A DNA stretch of 64,000 bases from Candidatus Uhrbacteria bacterium RIFOXYB12_FULL_58_10 (lineage in GTDB: Bacteria; Patescibacteriota; Patescibacteriia; UBA9934; GWF2-40-263): contig MGFA01000019.1 in the NCBI GenBank assembly GCA_001791645.1, forward strand, positions 29,774 through 93,773, written 5' to 3'. Every line of letters begins with the position of its first letter. Position 1 is the stretch's first letter. Below, piece after piece: positions 16,648 to 26,238 of this stretch. The translations under genes were made by a program, and so were the position numbers. The notes below the pieces were generated by a model. That model worked only from the letters and a program-made list of their open reading frames with translations. It ran no database searches and was not told the DNA's origin.

Positions 16648-18743
16648 AGGTCTTCGATATTTCTCAAGAATGATCCGCCGGAGGGCTTCGTCGGCCTGCG
16701 TTCGCCGAGGTCGTCGAGGACGATGGTCGGCTCGTCGTCGCGCCACGCGGATTGAGTGGGACGCTGGCCGTGCGATCCGCCCGACGGTTGCCCGCGCAAG
16801 CGTATCTGCTCGACCAAACTATCGGGCAGTTCCTGAATGAACTGCGATGGCTGGCTGAACATCAGGGTATCACCCCCGCTCGAGATGGGATAGGTCAAAA
16901 ACAGATGGCGGCGGGCGCGCGTGGTCGCGACGTAAAACAGGCGGCGTTCCTCCTCGAGTCCCCCATCTTCGTCAAGCGCGCGCTGGTGCGGGAACTTGCC
17001 GTCCACAAGCCCCATCACGAACACCGCGTCCCACTCAAGGCCTTTCGCCTGATGGATGGTCGAGAGCACCAACCGCTCGCGATCGTCCGTCCCGTTTTCC
17101 CGCGCGGCGCCATAATCCTCGGTCAGCGTCACTTCCTCCAAAAACGTATTCACGTCCACGTACGGCTCCGCGAACAGCGCGAATTGCTCAAGGTCCTCCA
17201 GGCGATCCATGAAATCCGGATATTCCGCCTCGAGGTAATCGCGATACCCGCCCGTGATGACCGCGCGCACCATGTCCGCGGGACGCGTTCCCGAAAGCAT
17301 CTTGCGCAGCATCGACAGGACGGCATCGAATCCGCGGCCGGACTTCCCTTCAATGACGGGAGGCGACGCAACGAGGTCGCCGGCCGATTCAAAGCCGCGC
17401 AGTTTCTCAACGATCCTTCCCGCGGTCACCGTACCGATCCCCGACTGCAGCCCGAGCACGCGCGTCCATGAGAGCACGTCGCGCACGTTTGCCACAAGCT
17501 TCAAGTGCGACACCACGTCCTTGATATGCGCGCGCTGAAAAAACTTCATCCCTCCGCGGTAGTCATACGGGACGTCGCGCTTCGCGAGTTCGAATTCGAG
17601 CGATTGAGACTGAAAGGACCCGCGAAACAGCACGGCGATGTCGCGAAGATCGGTTCCCGCGTCGCGCAGCTGAAGCACTTGCTCGGCAATGTACTGTGCC
17701 TCTTGAAACTGATTGGCGGCCGGAACGAGATTCGGCTTTTCGCACCCCGCGCAAACGGCCCGCAGCTCCTTTTTGAACTGATCGCGATTCCGCCCGATCA
17801 CCGCGTTCGCGAGCGACAAAATCTCAGGACTCGACCGATAGTTTGTGACAAGACGAAACGTTTGCGCTTCCGGATACGTCTTCGGAAAATCCAAAATGTT
17901 GCGGATCTGCGCCGCCCGGAACGAATAGATGCTCTGCGCGTCATCGCCAACCACGAGCACGTTTTGATGTACCGAAGCGAGCTGCCGCACGATGTCGGCC
18001 TGCACGGTGTTGGTGTCCTGGTACTCGTCGACAAGCACGTACTGGAACTGCGTGGCGAGTCGATCGCGCACAGCCGGATTCGTATAGAGCAACTTTCGCA
18101 AAAGCAAAAGCAGATCGTCGAAATCCACAACGTCGGCGTTTGCCTTATGTATCTCGTACAGCTCGGCCATGCGCTCGATGGTCGGGATGAGATTCCAAAA
18201 GCCTGCGTGTTTCCGTTCGACGGCCTCGCGAGTGCTGAGTCCTGAGTTCATCGCGTACGAAATGACGTTGTGCAGGTTCGCGGGCGACGGGAATCGGCGC
18301 GCCGTGGTGTCTACCGCGAGCTCCTTCACGCACGCCTTGATGAGACTGCGCGCATCCTCCTCGTCCATGATGGTGAAGTTCGAGGTGTGCCCGACCGCGC
18401 TCGCGTGCACGCGCAACAAGCGGTTGGCGATCGAGTGAAACGTCCCTCCCCAAAGCCCCTTCGGATACGCGCACAAAAGTCCTTCGACGCGTCCAAGCAT
18501 CTCGCGCGCGGCCTTGTTCGTGAACGTGACGAGCAAAATGTTCTCCGGCGACACGCCGTTTTCAATGAGATACGCCACGCGATACGTGATGGTGCGCGTT
18601 TTTCCGGAACCCGCCCCGGCAAGCACCAGGCATGGCCCATCGCCGTTCAAAACGACGTCTAGCTGTTCCTCGTTCAATTCCTTGCGATAATCGATTTTAC
18701 AACGGCTGGGATCGAACTGATTTTGGAGGACGAACTCTTTCAT
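16644..18743 (-). CDS. uvrD: ATP-dependent DNA helicase UvrD/PcrA.
   Basis: Walker A AGAGSGKT, VDEYQDTN, and other SF1 helicase motifs. Confidence 0.9.
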   Translation of the reverse strand: MKEFVLQNQFDPSRCKIDYRKELNEEQLDVVLNGDGPCLVLAGAGSGKTRTITYRVAYLIENGVSPENILLVTFTNKAAREMLGRVEGLLCAYPKGLWGGTFHSIANRLLRVHASAVGHTSNFTIMDEEDARSLIKACVKELAVDTTARRFPSPANLHNVISYAMNSGLSTREAVERKHAGFWNLIPTIERMAELYEIHKANADVVDFDDLLLLLRKLLYTNPAVRDRLATQFQYVLVDEYQDTNTVQADIVRQLASVHQNVLVVGDDAQSIYSFRAAQIRNILDFPKTYPEAQTFRLVTNYRSSPEILSLANAVIGRNRDQFKKELRAVCAGCEKPNLVPAANQFQEAQYIAEQVLQLRDAGTDLRDIAVLFRGSFQSQSLEFELAKRDVPYDYRGGMKFFQRAHIKDVVSHLKLVANVRDVLSWTRVLGLQSGIGTVTAGRIVEKLRGFESAGDLVASPPVIEGKSGRGFDAVLSMLRKMLSGTRPADMVRAVITGGYRDYLEAEYPDFMDRLEDLEQFALFAEPYVDVNTFLEEVTLTEDYGAARENGTDDRERLVLSTIHQAKGLEWDAVFVMGLVDGKFPHQRALDEDGGLEEERRLFYVATTRARRHLFLTYPISSGGDTLMFSQPSQFIQELPDSLVEQIRLRGQPSGGSHGQRPTQSAWRDDEPTIVLDDLGERRPTKPSGGSFLRNIEDL

Positions 18744-18771
18744 AGCCCCGACAGATTAACACGTTTGGCAC

Positions 18772-18798
18772 AAAAAAAGAACGGTCCAAAGACCGTCA
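18772..18798 (-). terminator. Rho-independent terminator after ORF-B: GACGGTC-ttt-GGACCGT followed by TCTTTTTTTG on the minus strand.
   Basis: Hairpin overlapping the ORF-B stop, then a T7 tract. Confidence 0.55.
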
Positions 18799-19716
18799 GA
18801 GCGGGGCCAGGGCCACAGAGAAATCACGACATGCGCGGGAAACGTCGAGCGGTCCATCGGACATGAGAAGATCCGCGACCGCAGAGAGCTTGGGAACCAC
18901 GGTCGGAACGATGACGGCGCGGCAAAATCCGTCGTCGAGCGGCCTCCCGTTCTCAAACAGCATGCCGCGTCCGCGACAAATCGCGGCGGCGATCCGCGCG
19001 CGGCCCTCGCGATCAGGCTCGGTCTTGCGACGTCTGTGGCGTGCCATTTCGGCGAACGCGCCCTCGAGCGATCGGCGCACGAACGTCATGCGTAGCGATC
19101 GCGCGGCCATGGAGAGACGCGCGGCCGCGTCATCGCCGCGACTCACGCGGAGCGCCGCGATGGCGGCGTCGACGTCGGTCGCGGCGTTCGGCAGCGCGCG
19201 CCGGCTGAACGGGGCCAGCGACACCCCGCGCAAGAACCGCGCGGCACGTTCGAGACGTACGATGTCAGGCTCGCCGGTGACATCGCCGCGAATGACACGA
19301 TGGCATTCGCGCAACGCGTCGAAAAACGCGGCCGCGAACGATTCGAGCGCCCAGGCTTCGCGCTCCACGCCCCCACGGATCAGATCGATCTCGAACGGGC
19401 GCCCGGGCTTCTCGCGCAGCCGCGTGGGGTCCGCCCCAAGCCTCGCGAGCTCGGCCTCGTACCCGTCGCCGACGTGCCCTCCGATCGCACGCAGCGCGTC
19501 GTACAGCCCGCCGTCGAACGCGCGCGCTCTGAGCGGCCCGTCGTTTTCCGGCGCGGCCGCGCACCAGAGCACGGCACCGCTTTCCACGAAGTCAGGCTTG
19601 CCGCGCACCATCATCTCCGGCCCTTGCCGACTGCATACGTACAGACGTTCCTCGCGGATCGGCTTCACGCGAAGCGTCACCGCGTTCCCGCCACGGACAA
19701 GAAACGCTCGTTCCAC
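18796..19716 (-). CDS. Hypothetical protein ORF-B (about 306 aa) with no recognisable domain. Second gene of the GC-rich pair.
   Basis: GTG start at 19716 preceded by GGAGGG with a 4-nt spacer. Very strong GC3 bias. The ORF-track N-terminal 190 aa (S/R-rich) overlap ORF-A and are spurious. Confidence 0.55.
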   Translation of the reverse strand: MERAFLVRGGNAVTLRVKPIREERLYVCSRQGPEMMVRGKPDFVESGAVLWCAAAPENDGPLRARAFDGGLYDALRAIGGHVGDGYEAELARLGADPTRLREKPGRPFEIDLIRGGVEREAWALESFAAAFFDALRECHRVIRGDVTGEPDIVRLERAARFLRGVSLAPFSRRALPNAATDVDAAIAALRVSRGDDAAARLSMAARSLRMTFVRRSLEGAFAEMARHRRRKTEPDREGRARIAAAICRGRGMLFENGRPLDDGFCRAVIVPTVVPKLSAVADLLMSDGPLDVSRACRDFSVALAPL

Positions 19717-19837
19717 GGTCCCTCCGTTCGTGAATCGCGTGGATGCGGCGACGCTACCAGAAAAACCGGCTCGCGTCAACCAATACGTGTCGAAAAGAAA
19801 AAGGCCCCGGGCGAGGCTTGAAAGCCAGGCCGCGGGG

Positions 19838-21064
19838 TCAGTTGACGGACGAGCCGTCGAGATACAGGTCCGAGGCGTCGGCGAGCGCGTCGTAGGCCGC
19901 CCGCGCGTCGAACGCGTCCTCGAGCCCGATCTGCTTGGCGTCCGCGAGGGCGCGAAGCAGATCGTCCAGAAAGCCGGAACGAGAAGGTTCCGCGAGCTGC
20001 GCGAGTGCGACCTCGTTGCAGGCTCGATCTGCGGCGGCCGCGTACTCGCGGCGCTCCTTGGCCTTGATCGGCCGCTTGAACCGCCGCACCATGCCCGCGG
20101 TGACGAGCATCTGTGCGATCTGGCGGTGGATGAGCAGCTTTCCGACCGAACGCCGCGCGGCCATGAGCAACGGGAGCGCGGCACGAAATCTCTCTCTGTC
20201 GTTGAGCGCGACGACGAACGCGTCGAGCTCATCGCGAAGCTGAGCGAGGAGCGGCATTTGCGCGTAAGGCGCCGCGGTGATGAGCGTGAGCTCGTCACTC
20301 GTCCGCGCCGCGCGCTCGGCCAGGCGCTTGGCCTGCGCGAGCTGAAGCGGACGCTTGCGGCCCGGCTTCCACCACCGCGTCATGGAGGCAAGCTCCACGT
20401 CGCAGTCATGGAGACACTTCCAGATGCTCGCGAGCAGCCGGACGATGGCAACCCGCGAGCGGCTGACGCGCTCATCGGCGTTGAGTGCGATACGAAGCTG
20501 CTTGTCAAGCTGCACCGCGGCGCCCCAGTTGGCCATCGCGGCCGCCATGGGGTTGCGCTGCCCCCGCTTGTCGCGCTCGAACTTCGCGCGCGTGGCGTCC
20601 GAGACGGCCCTGCGCTTTCGTTCGCCAGTACTTCCGGTGTTGCGCTCGATCAGGCGATCGAGCCTCCGGACCCGCCTGCGGACCAGCTCCGGGTCGGTGA
20701 GATCGTCGCTGTCGTGCACCGCGTCGAGCGCCCAACGCGCGTCGTTGCGGAACACGCGCAGATCCGGGATCGCTCCGTCGTAGTAGGTGTCGGCGTACAT
20801 CTCGCCGCGGTCGGCGTGCAGCACGCTTCTGTAGATGACGCCGACCGGAAGCGTCTCATGCGACCCTTGGGTCAGCACGATTGCCGCTCCTGGTGGCACG
20901 CTCTCATGCGCGCCCACGTGAGTGTATAGCACGCCTGGCTCGTTGACATCGACGTCGAGGCGCAGCACGCCGAGCTCGGTGGAGTAGAACAGCAGCGACG
21001 CGTGAGCGCGTCCGCGAACCGGACGGCCATCCGTCGCATACGTATGAGTCAGTGGGTTTTCCAA
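19838..21064 (-). CDS. Hypothetical protein ORF-A (408 aa): beta-rich N-terminal ~110 aa, then an Arg-rich helical region. No recognisable domain.
   Basis: TTG start at 21064 preceded by AAGGAGG with a 4-nt spacer and an in-frame stop just upstream. GC about 72-75%. The antisense ORF 18863..20929 is low-complexity junk. Confidence 0.55.
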   Translation of the reverse strand: MENPLTHTYATDGRPVRGRAHASLLFYSTELGVLRLDVDVNEPGVLYTHVGAHESVPPGAAIVLTQGSHETLPVGVIYRSVLHADRGEMYADTYYDGAIPDLRVFRNDARWALDAVHDSDDLTDPELVRRRVRRLDRLIERNTGSTGERKRRAVSDATRAKFERDKRGQRNPMAAAMANWGAAVQLDKQLRIALNADERVSRSRVAIVRLLASIWKCLHDCDVELASMTRWWKPGRKRPLQLAQAKRLAERAARTSDELTLITAAPYAQMPLLAQLRDELDAFVVALNDRERFRAALPLLMAARRSVGKLLIHRQIAQMLVTAGMVRRFKRPIKAKERREYAAAADRACNEVALAQLAEPSRSGFLDDLLRALADAKQIGLEDAFDARAAYDALADASDLYLDGSSVN

Positions 21065-21114
21065 GGAACCTCCTTGCCCTTAGGCGCCCGGAACTGTACA
21101 CTTTTTCGACCGAT

Positions 21115-21594
21115 ATGTCAACCTTCCGACCAAACGCGGCAGTCATCGTGACCGATGGGAACGGGCGCGTCTTGTTGTGCGAGCGGGAGGATTTGCCCGG
21201 CGCCATCCAAACCGTGCAAGGCGGCATCGACGAGGGAGAAACGCCGGAGATGGCCGCGCGGCGCGAGCTGCACGAGGAGATCGGCCTGAGCCCGCCGCAC
21301 TACGAGTTCGTCGCGTCGCTCCCGAACCCCATGCGCTACGAATGGCCGCAGGAGCTCCTCGACAGATGGCGCGCGCAACCGGGCGACCGTTTTTCCGCGT
21401 ACGACGGACAAGAACAGTATTTTTTCCTCGCGCGCGTTTCCCCGGACGCGACGTTCAATCTCGACGCGCATGCCCGCGAATTCTCGCGCTGCTCGTGGGG
21501 CACGCCGCAACAGATGCTGGATGGCGCGTGGGAATACAAGCGGTCCGTTTTAAAATCCGCGCTGGAGCAATTCGGGCTCATCAAAGAAAAATAA
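21115..21594 (+). CDS. rppH: Nudix hydrolase, RppH-like RNA pyrophosphohydrolase.
   Basis: Nudix box GGIDEGETPEMAARRELHEEIGL. Overall similarity to RppH/NudH (FRPNAAVIV..., YFFLARV). Confidence 0.75.
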   Translation: MSTFRPNAAVIVTDGNGRVLLCEREDLPGAIQTVQGGIDEGETPEMAARRELHEEIGLSPPHYEFVASLPNPMRYEWPQELLDRWRAQPGDRFSAYDGQEQYFFLARVSPDATFNLDAHAREFSRCSWGTPQQMLDGAWEYKRSVLKSALEQFGLIKEK

Positions 21595-21620
21595 CCGTCG
21601 GCGACGGTCAGTCTGAGAGG

Positions 21621-21851
21621 TCAGGGCCGGACGTTCCTCTGCGTCCACTGCTTCTTGCACAGCGGACAGAGAAATGCATGGACCATGAACCTCGAATCGT
21701 CCGGCTGTACTTCTTCCCTTTGCCCCAACCATTGCGCGTCCACGTGCGGGCAGGCGCGCTGCAATTCGCGCACGACCCCGGCGAGATCCGCTTCCAGGCG
21801 ATCTCGTCGTTCCACGAGTTCCTTTACTTCCTCCACATTCCACCTCCTCAT
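21621..21851 (-). CDS. Small zinc-ribbon-like hypothetical protein (76 aa).
   Basis: ATG at 21851 with SD aagga. Cys/His ligands CPH...CPLC. The ORF track extends it artefactually to 22085. Confidence 0.5.
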   Translation of the reverse strand: MRRWNVEEVKELVERRDRLEADLAGVVRELQRACPHVDAQWLGQREEVQPDDSRFMVHAFLCPLCKKQWTQRNVRP

Positions 21852-21958
21852 GGGTAGGTCCTTATACACCTTATATGAGGATTTGTCAACAACGCAACGC
21901 GCGGAACGGATCGTTGATAACGCGATGCTCCCCAAAGAAAAATGACCGTCTGGGACGG

Positions 21959-22993
21959 TCAGCTGGGCAGGTCGAGGTCGGCAAGCCTGCCCTCCAGGCA
22001 CGCGAGGAATTCGTTGAACTTGTCTTCTCGTCGCTGGCCGACGCGCGGTCCGTCCGGAAAATCGAGCAGTGCGCCGCCGGAACACTCCTTGGCGCCGGAG
22101 TTCGGACCGAACAAATGGACGAGAATCCTGGGAAGCGGGAGCGCGGGTTCCCTGGTACGCGCGGATACGCGCACGTGATCCCCGACCACGCCGAGCGCGA
22201 GCACGAGGCGCGCGTCCTCATGCCGAACGAGGATGTCCGCGGCGAAGGCGAGATACTCGCCCTCGGTCGGCTCGAGCGCACTCGGCGGGTGTGACAGAAG
22301 AATGTTGCCACGGTACATGGATCGGTGCGTGAGCAGTCTCTGCACGATGGTACACGCGCGTTCAGACATCGGGAACCGAGAGATGCGATGCACCAATTCC
22401 TGGTCGCCCGTGTCCATGAGCCACGCGTACGCATATCGGTCGATCGGACGGGTCCCGACGTAAGTCAGCCCGTCGGTATCCGTGTGGATGCCCATGGCAA
22501 GCAGGGTTGACACGTCACGCCCGAATGTGACGCCGAGACGCGCGCCAAGGCAGGCAACGAGCGAGGAGGCGGCGCCCACCGGCACGACGCAGTGGAACCT
22601 GTCCATCCGCACCTCGCGCGCGTCGCCGTGGTGGTCGATGACGATCGCTGGGTCGAGCGAGCGCTCTCCGAATCGCGCGTCGCTCGTCTTCGACGAGTCG
22701 ACGAGCGCCACCGGGAAGCCCGGATCGATTGCTTCGACCGGACAGATGCGTCCCGCAAGCCCGAACGCCTCCCAGAGCATGATCATCTGCGGATGGCCGA
22801 ATGAGCCGGCGTAAAAGATGCTGGCCTCGACTCCGAGGTGGCAAGCAATCGCCGCAAGCCCGAGCGCTGACCCAATGCCGTCCGGATCCACCTGCGCCAC
22901 CAGAATAACAAGGCGAGGCTGCTGACGGACGAGCATGGAAAACAGCAAGATCTCCTCGTCCTTGAACAAGGACAAGAATGCGCTTTGGAACAT
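21959..22993 (-). CDS. nrnA: DHH/DHHA1 phosphoesterase (NrnA-like nanoRNase/pAp phosphatase).
   Basis: Motifs VDPDGIGSALG, IVIDHHGD and GGGH-like C-terminal domain. Confidence 0.8.
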   Translation of the reverse strand: MFQSAFLSLFKDEEILLFSMLVRQQPRLVILVAQVDPDGIGSALGLAAIACHLGVEASIFYAGSFGHPQMIMLWEAFGLAGRICPVEAIDPGFPVALVDSSKTSDARFGERSLDPAIVIDHHGDAREVRMDRFHCVVPVGAASSLVACLGARLGVTFGRDVSTLLAMGIHTDTDGLTYVGTRPIDRYAYAWLMDTGDQELVHRISRFPMSERACTIVQRLLTHRSMYRGNILLSHPPSALEPTEGEYLAFAADILVRHEDARLVLALGVVGDHVRVSARTREPALPLPRILVHLFGPNSGAKECSGGALLDFPDGPRVGQRREDKFNEFLACLEGRLADLDLPS

Positions 22994-23099
22994 GTCCCTT
23001 CCGTGTTTGAGAAAGTTGTCATCACGTCCGAGGGTCGGACGAGCATTGAGAATAGATCAAATCCGATGGCGTGTCAATCCATGAAACGAATAAAAGACC

Positions 23100-24746
23100 C
23101 TACCAGCTTCCACCGCCCCCGCCGCCAAATCCGCCGCCCGAGGAACCGCCGCCGGAATCACCGCCGCCTGACGAGCGAGGAGCCGACACCTCGCCGAACG
23201 CGGAACCTATCGACTTCATGCGATCGGCGAAGTCTGCCGTACCAAGGTTCGAACCGGCCCCGACGTAGTACCATTCCCAGTCGGAAGAAATCTGCGGGGC
23301 AAGCGCCTTCGTCCATGTTCGCGCGACGCCAAACGACATCGCGTACGGCAAAAACGCCTCGAAGATACCTTCCTTTTCCTGCCAATGAATTCGATACTTC
23401 TCGGCGCGCGACAGGTATTCCTTGAAGCCGCGCGCGTGATCGTATGCCTCCTGGCCCTTTTCCGTGCGCTTCGGCATCGCGAGCGCCATGAGCATCAATA
23501 TGATCCCGACCGGAAACGTCACCCACGCGAACCAACCGATAAACATGGACCCGATGGCAAAAACAAGACCGGCAATCAGATAGTTCCTGCGCGTCTGTTC
23601 GGGATTCCGTACGAAATATCCGTCCCATGCCATGGTCGAATACACGATGCTCGAAACCATTTTTCGTGCCGCGACGAACCGTTTTGCATCGTCCTTTGTC
23701 GACACTTCTTCCTTTTCGCCGAAAAGCGTATCCATCAATTCCGCCTCAAACGGCTTCAGTCCATCCACGCTCTCCCGAACGCGCGTAAGCGTAAACTTTT
23801 TCCCGCCGTGGTCGGTCATCTTCAAATATCCGCGGACGGCCAGGTGCACGATCGCCGCCGAAAAATCCTTGCCGTCGAGCCGCGCGTTCATGAGCGTTCC
23901 CATTTCGGTCGGAGTCATTCCGGCCGGCGGTTCGTATTGGGCAACGATTGTTCCGCGGCCCTTTGGATCCCGACCATATTTCCACCAATGTCGGATGGCC
24001 CAAAAGAGAGTAACTGGTGGAATCGCAAGCAAGAAGAGCCTCCAGTTGTCCGACAACCACCATCCAATTCTGATCCATGTGGTCGGCTCGGGAACGATCC
24101 CTTTCGGAAAGGAAACCGAAATCGTCAAAAAGTCATTGGCCGAAAACGAAACGGATCCGTCATCAATTTGCGCCGCACAATCCCGTGCGATCGAGCCACG
24201 CGATCCGGTATAACACGCGGCAGCCAGCGCATTCGCCGGAACGCCGGCCATGAGCACGATCGCTCCGACGGACGGAAGGCGTTCATCCCATTGGGTTCCG
24301 GAAACGTTCCAATACAATTCGTCCGATGTCTCGCCGTACAAGATGGCCCTCTCGACGCTATAGTTAATTTGATAGGTAAACGGGCCGGAAAACGTCAGGT
24401 CTGGATCGCCGATCTTGATGACCAAATAATCCCCGTCATGATACGTCGTATAATGCACTGGTTCTCGGTCGCGCGCGACTTCCAGGACATCAACCGAAAT
24501 TCTTTGCGTCAATCCGTAGGGCCCATGGTAACGAAGCGGGATCGAACGAAAAATGCCATGTCTTTCGGATGCGAACGATCCCGTCATCGTCTCGCTCACG
24601 ACGAACGCGCCGTCTGGGAGCAGCTCAATCGTGGAATCAAAGGAGCTATACGTGCCCGCATAGGCCGGTCCGGCCGCCAGGAAGCACAGGATGCTAGCGC
24701 AAGTAGCGACTTTTATTCGCCACGTGTTCCTCGAACGTCGAAGCAT
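23100..24746 (-). CDS. DUF2207 family membrane protein with a Gly-rich C-terminal tail.
   Basis: Signal peptide from MLRRSRNTW... Extracellular domain, two TM helices, C-terminal GGGDSGGGSSGGGFGGGGGG. Confidence 0.7.
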   Translation of the reverse strand: MLRRSRNTWRIKVATCASILCFLAAGPAYAGTYSSFDSTIELLPDGAFVVSETMTGSFASERHGIFRSIPLRYHGPYGLTQRISVDVLEVARDREPVHYTTYHDGDYLVIKIGDPDLTFSGPFTYQINYSVERAILYGETSDELYWNVSGTQWDERLPSVGAIVLMAGVPANALAAACYTGSRGSIARDCAAQIDDGSVSFSANDFLTISVSFPKGIVPEPTTWIRIGWWLSDNWRLFLLAIPPVTLFWAIRHWWKYGRDPKGRGTIVAQYEPPAGMTPTEMGTLMNARLDGKDFSAAIVHLAVRGYLKMTDHGGKKFTLTRVRESVDGLKPFEAELMDTLFGEKEEVSTKDDAKRFVAARKMVSSIVYSTMAWDGYFVRNPEQTRRNYLIAGLVFAIGSMFIGWFAWVTFPVGIILMLMALAMPKRTEKGQEAYDHARGFKEYLSRAEKYRIHWQEKEGIFEAFLPYAMSFGVARTWTKALAPQISSDWEWYYVGAGSNLGTADFADRMKSIGSAFGEVSAPRSSGGGDSGGGSSGGGFGGGGGGSW

Positions 24747-25746
24747 AGATGACCGTCCCGTCGGACGCGGTGAGGAAATAAAGATACGGGTTGTCGATCG
24801 GACGAAGCACGGCGTCGATGGCGTTGAGACCTGGGTTCGAAATAGGCCCCGGCGGAAGGCCGGCGCGCGTGTACGTGTTGAACGGCTCGTCCGAGCGGAG
24901 ATCATCGGTCGTCAATTCCGCGGAAGTTTTGCCAAGATAATATGAAATCGTCGAGTCGGCCTGCAGGGGCATTCCTATTTTCAGGCGCGACAAGAAAATG
25001 TCCGCCACGTACTTCATGTCCTCCGAACCGCGCACCTCGCGCTCGACGATAGACGCAAGGGTAAGCACTTCATGCGCGCCGAATTCCGACGCAAGCACGT
25101 ACCCATCGCCCGCGCCAAGTGATTCCGTTAGCCTCGACTCCATTGTCTCAACCATCCTGAGAACCACGTCCTCCGCGCTCGCGTCCGAAAAAAACCGATA
25201 AGTGTCCGGGAAGAGATATCCCTCAAGGTCCACAGTCGCCGGCTTGGACTGGGCGAGAAAGAAACTCTTCCCGATGACCGGCGACCATGCGCCGGCCGCG
25301 ACATTCCATTCGTTCTCGGTGATTCGCGGAAGCGCCTCGCGTACTCGTTCGCCAGTTTGCTTGAGCGTGAACCCCTCCGGAATCGTAATTTGAACCTCAT
25401 TGGCGTCCGATCTTGAAAGCGTCGAGACGATCGACGCGTAGCTCATGCCAGGACGCAACTCGAACGTGCCGGGCTTCAGATCCGTCCCCGTCCCGGAAAA
25501 TCGAAGATACGCGCGAAACATCCAGGTCCCATCGATGAGACCGGCCTCCTCCAGCTTCTGCGCCACGCCAAAGCCGCGGTCTCCCTCCGCGATCGTGAAC
25601 GAAACGGTCGGGGCGTCCGCATCCGGCGAGACGGCATATGAATCAAACACATACGACCCGGACAACGCGACGCCCACCAGCAACGTCACTCCAACCAGGA
25701 TGGCAAAAAATCGAATCATAAGACTATTTTCCGTGACATTCGACAT
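24694..25746 (-). CDS. mltG: Endolytic murein transglycosylase MltG (YceG family).
   Basis: N-terminal TM helix. YceG motifs LASIVEREV and PGPISNPG. Confidence 0.85.
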   Translation of the reverse strand: MSNVTENSLMIRFFAILVGVTLLVGVALSGSYVFDSYAVSPDADAPTVSFTIAEGDRGFGVAQKLEEAGLIDGTWMFRAYLRFSGTGTDLKPGTFELRPGMSYASIVSTLSRSDANEVQITIPEGFTLKQTGERVREALPRITENEWNVAAGAWSPVIGKSFFLAQSKPATVDLEGYLFPDTYRFFSDASAEDVVLRMVETMESRLTESLGAGDGYVLASEFGAHEVLTLASIVEREVRGSEDMKYVADIFLSRLKIGMPLQADSTISYYLGKTSAELTTDDLRSDEPFNTYTRAGLPPGPISNPGLNAIDAVLRPIDNPYLYFLTASDGTVIYASTFEEHVANKSRYLR

Positions 25747-26230
25747 ACCTCACACCGGACCCGCAAAAACAATCGCGCGCATCGCGATCCTCCGCCGTCA
25801 ACCAGGAACTCGACTGCACCTTTCCGCCGCGCCCGACACCATAGACAATCTCTATGCCAAGCTCGGCGCACAGCCTTGCCTCTGGATTCTGGGACGAGTC
25901 TGGGTCAAGCGCATCCTTCAAATCACGATCTCCTCCCTGCGCAAAAATATCCGGGTGAATTTCTCGGAGCTCCCGACACACGCTCCGGTCCTCAAAGCCC
26001 GGCTCATGCGCGGTAAACACGACGCGCGTCACGCCCGTGATTGCCTCAATGATCTCACGACGCTGATCCTGCGGCATAAAAACATGCCCTTTTTTCCTTC
26101 GAAGCCAATGATCATTGTTGATGATCACGACAAGCTCGTCGCCAAGCGCGGCCGCCTCCTGGATCATTCGAACGTGGCCGACATGAATCGGATCAAACCC
26201 TCCCGAAACGCAGACGATCTTATTTTTCAT
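25724..26230 (-). CDS. Cytidylyltransferase-like nucleotidyltransferase (HxGH class).
   Basis: MKNKIVCVSGGFDPIHVGHVRMIQEA (HxGH). Start at the ATG 26230. The ORF-track extension is spurious. Confidence 0.7.
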   Translation of the reverse strand: MKNKIVCVSGGFDPIHVGHVRMIQEAAALGDELVVIINNDHWLRRKKGHVFMPQDQRREIIEAITGVTRVVFTAHEPGFEDRSVCRELREIHPDIFAQGGDRDLKDALDPDSSQNPEARLCAELGIEIVYGVGRGGKVQSSSWLTAEDRDARDCFCGSGVRYVECHGK

Positions 26231-26238
26231 AAAGGACC

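Noticed and set aside
18768-18782. GTTC-N7-GTGC near-LexA box upstream of uvrD.
   Set aside because: The N7 is simply the poly-T of the ORF-B terminator and the second half mismatches. Probably coincidental.
18863-20929. 688-aa plus-strand ORF across the GC-rich region.
   Set aside because: Extreme low complexity (S/R/A/P) on the antisense of two ORFs with proper SD-led starts. It is a GC artefact.
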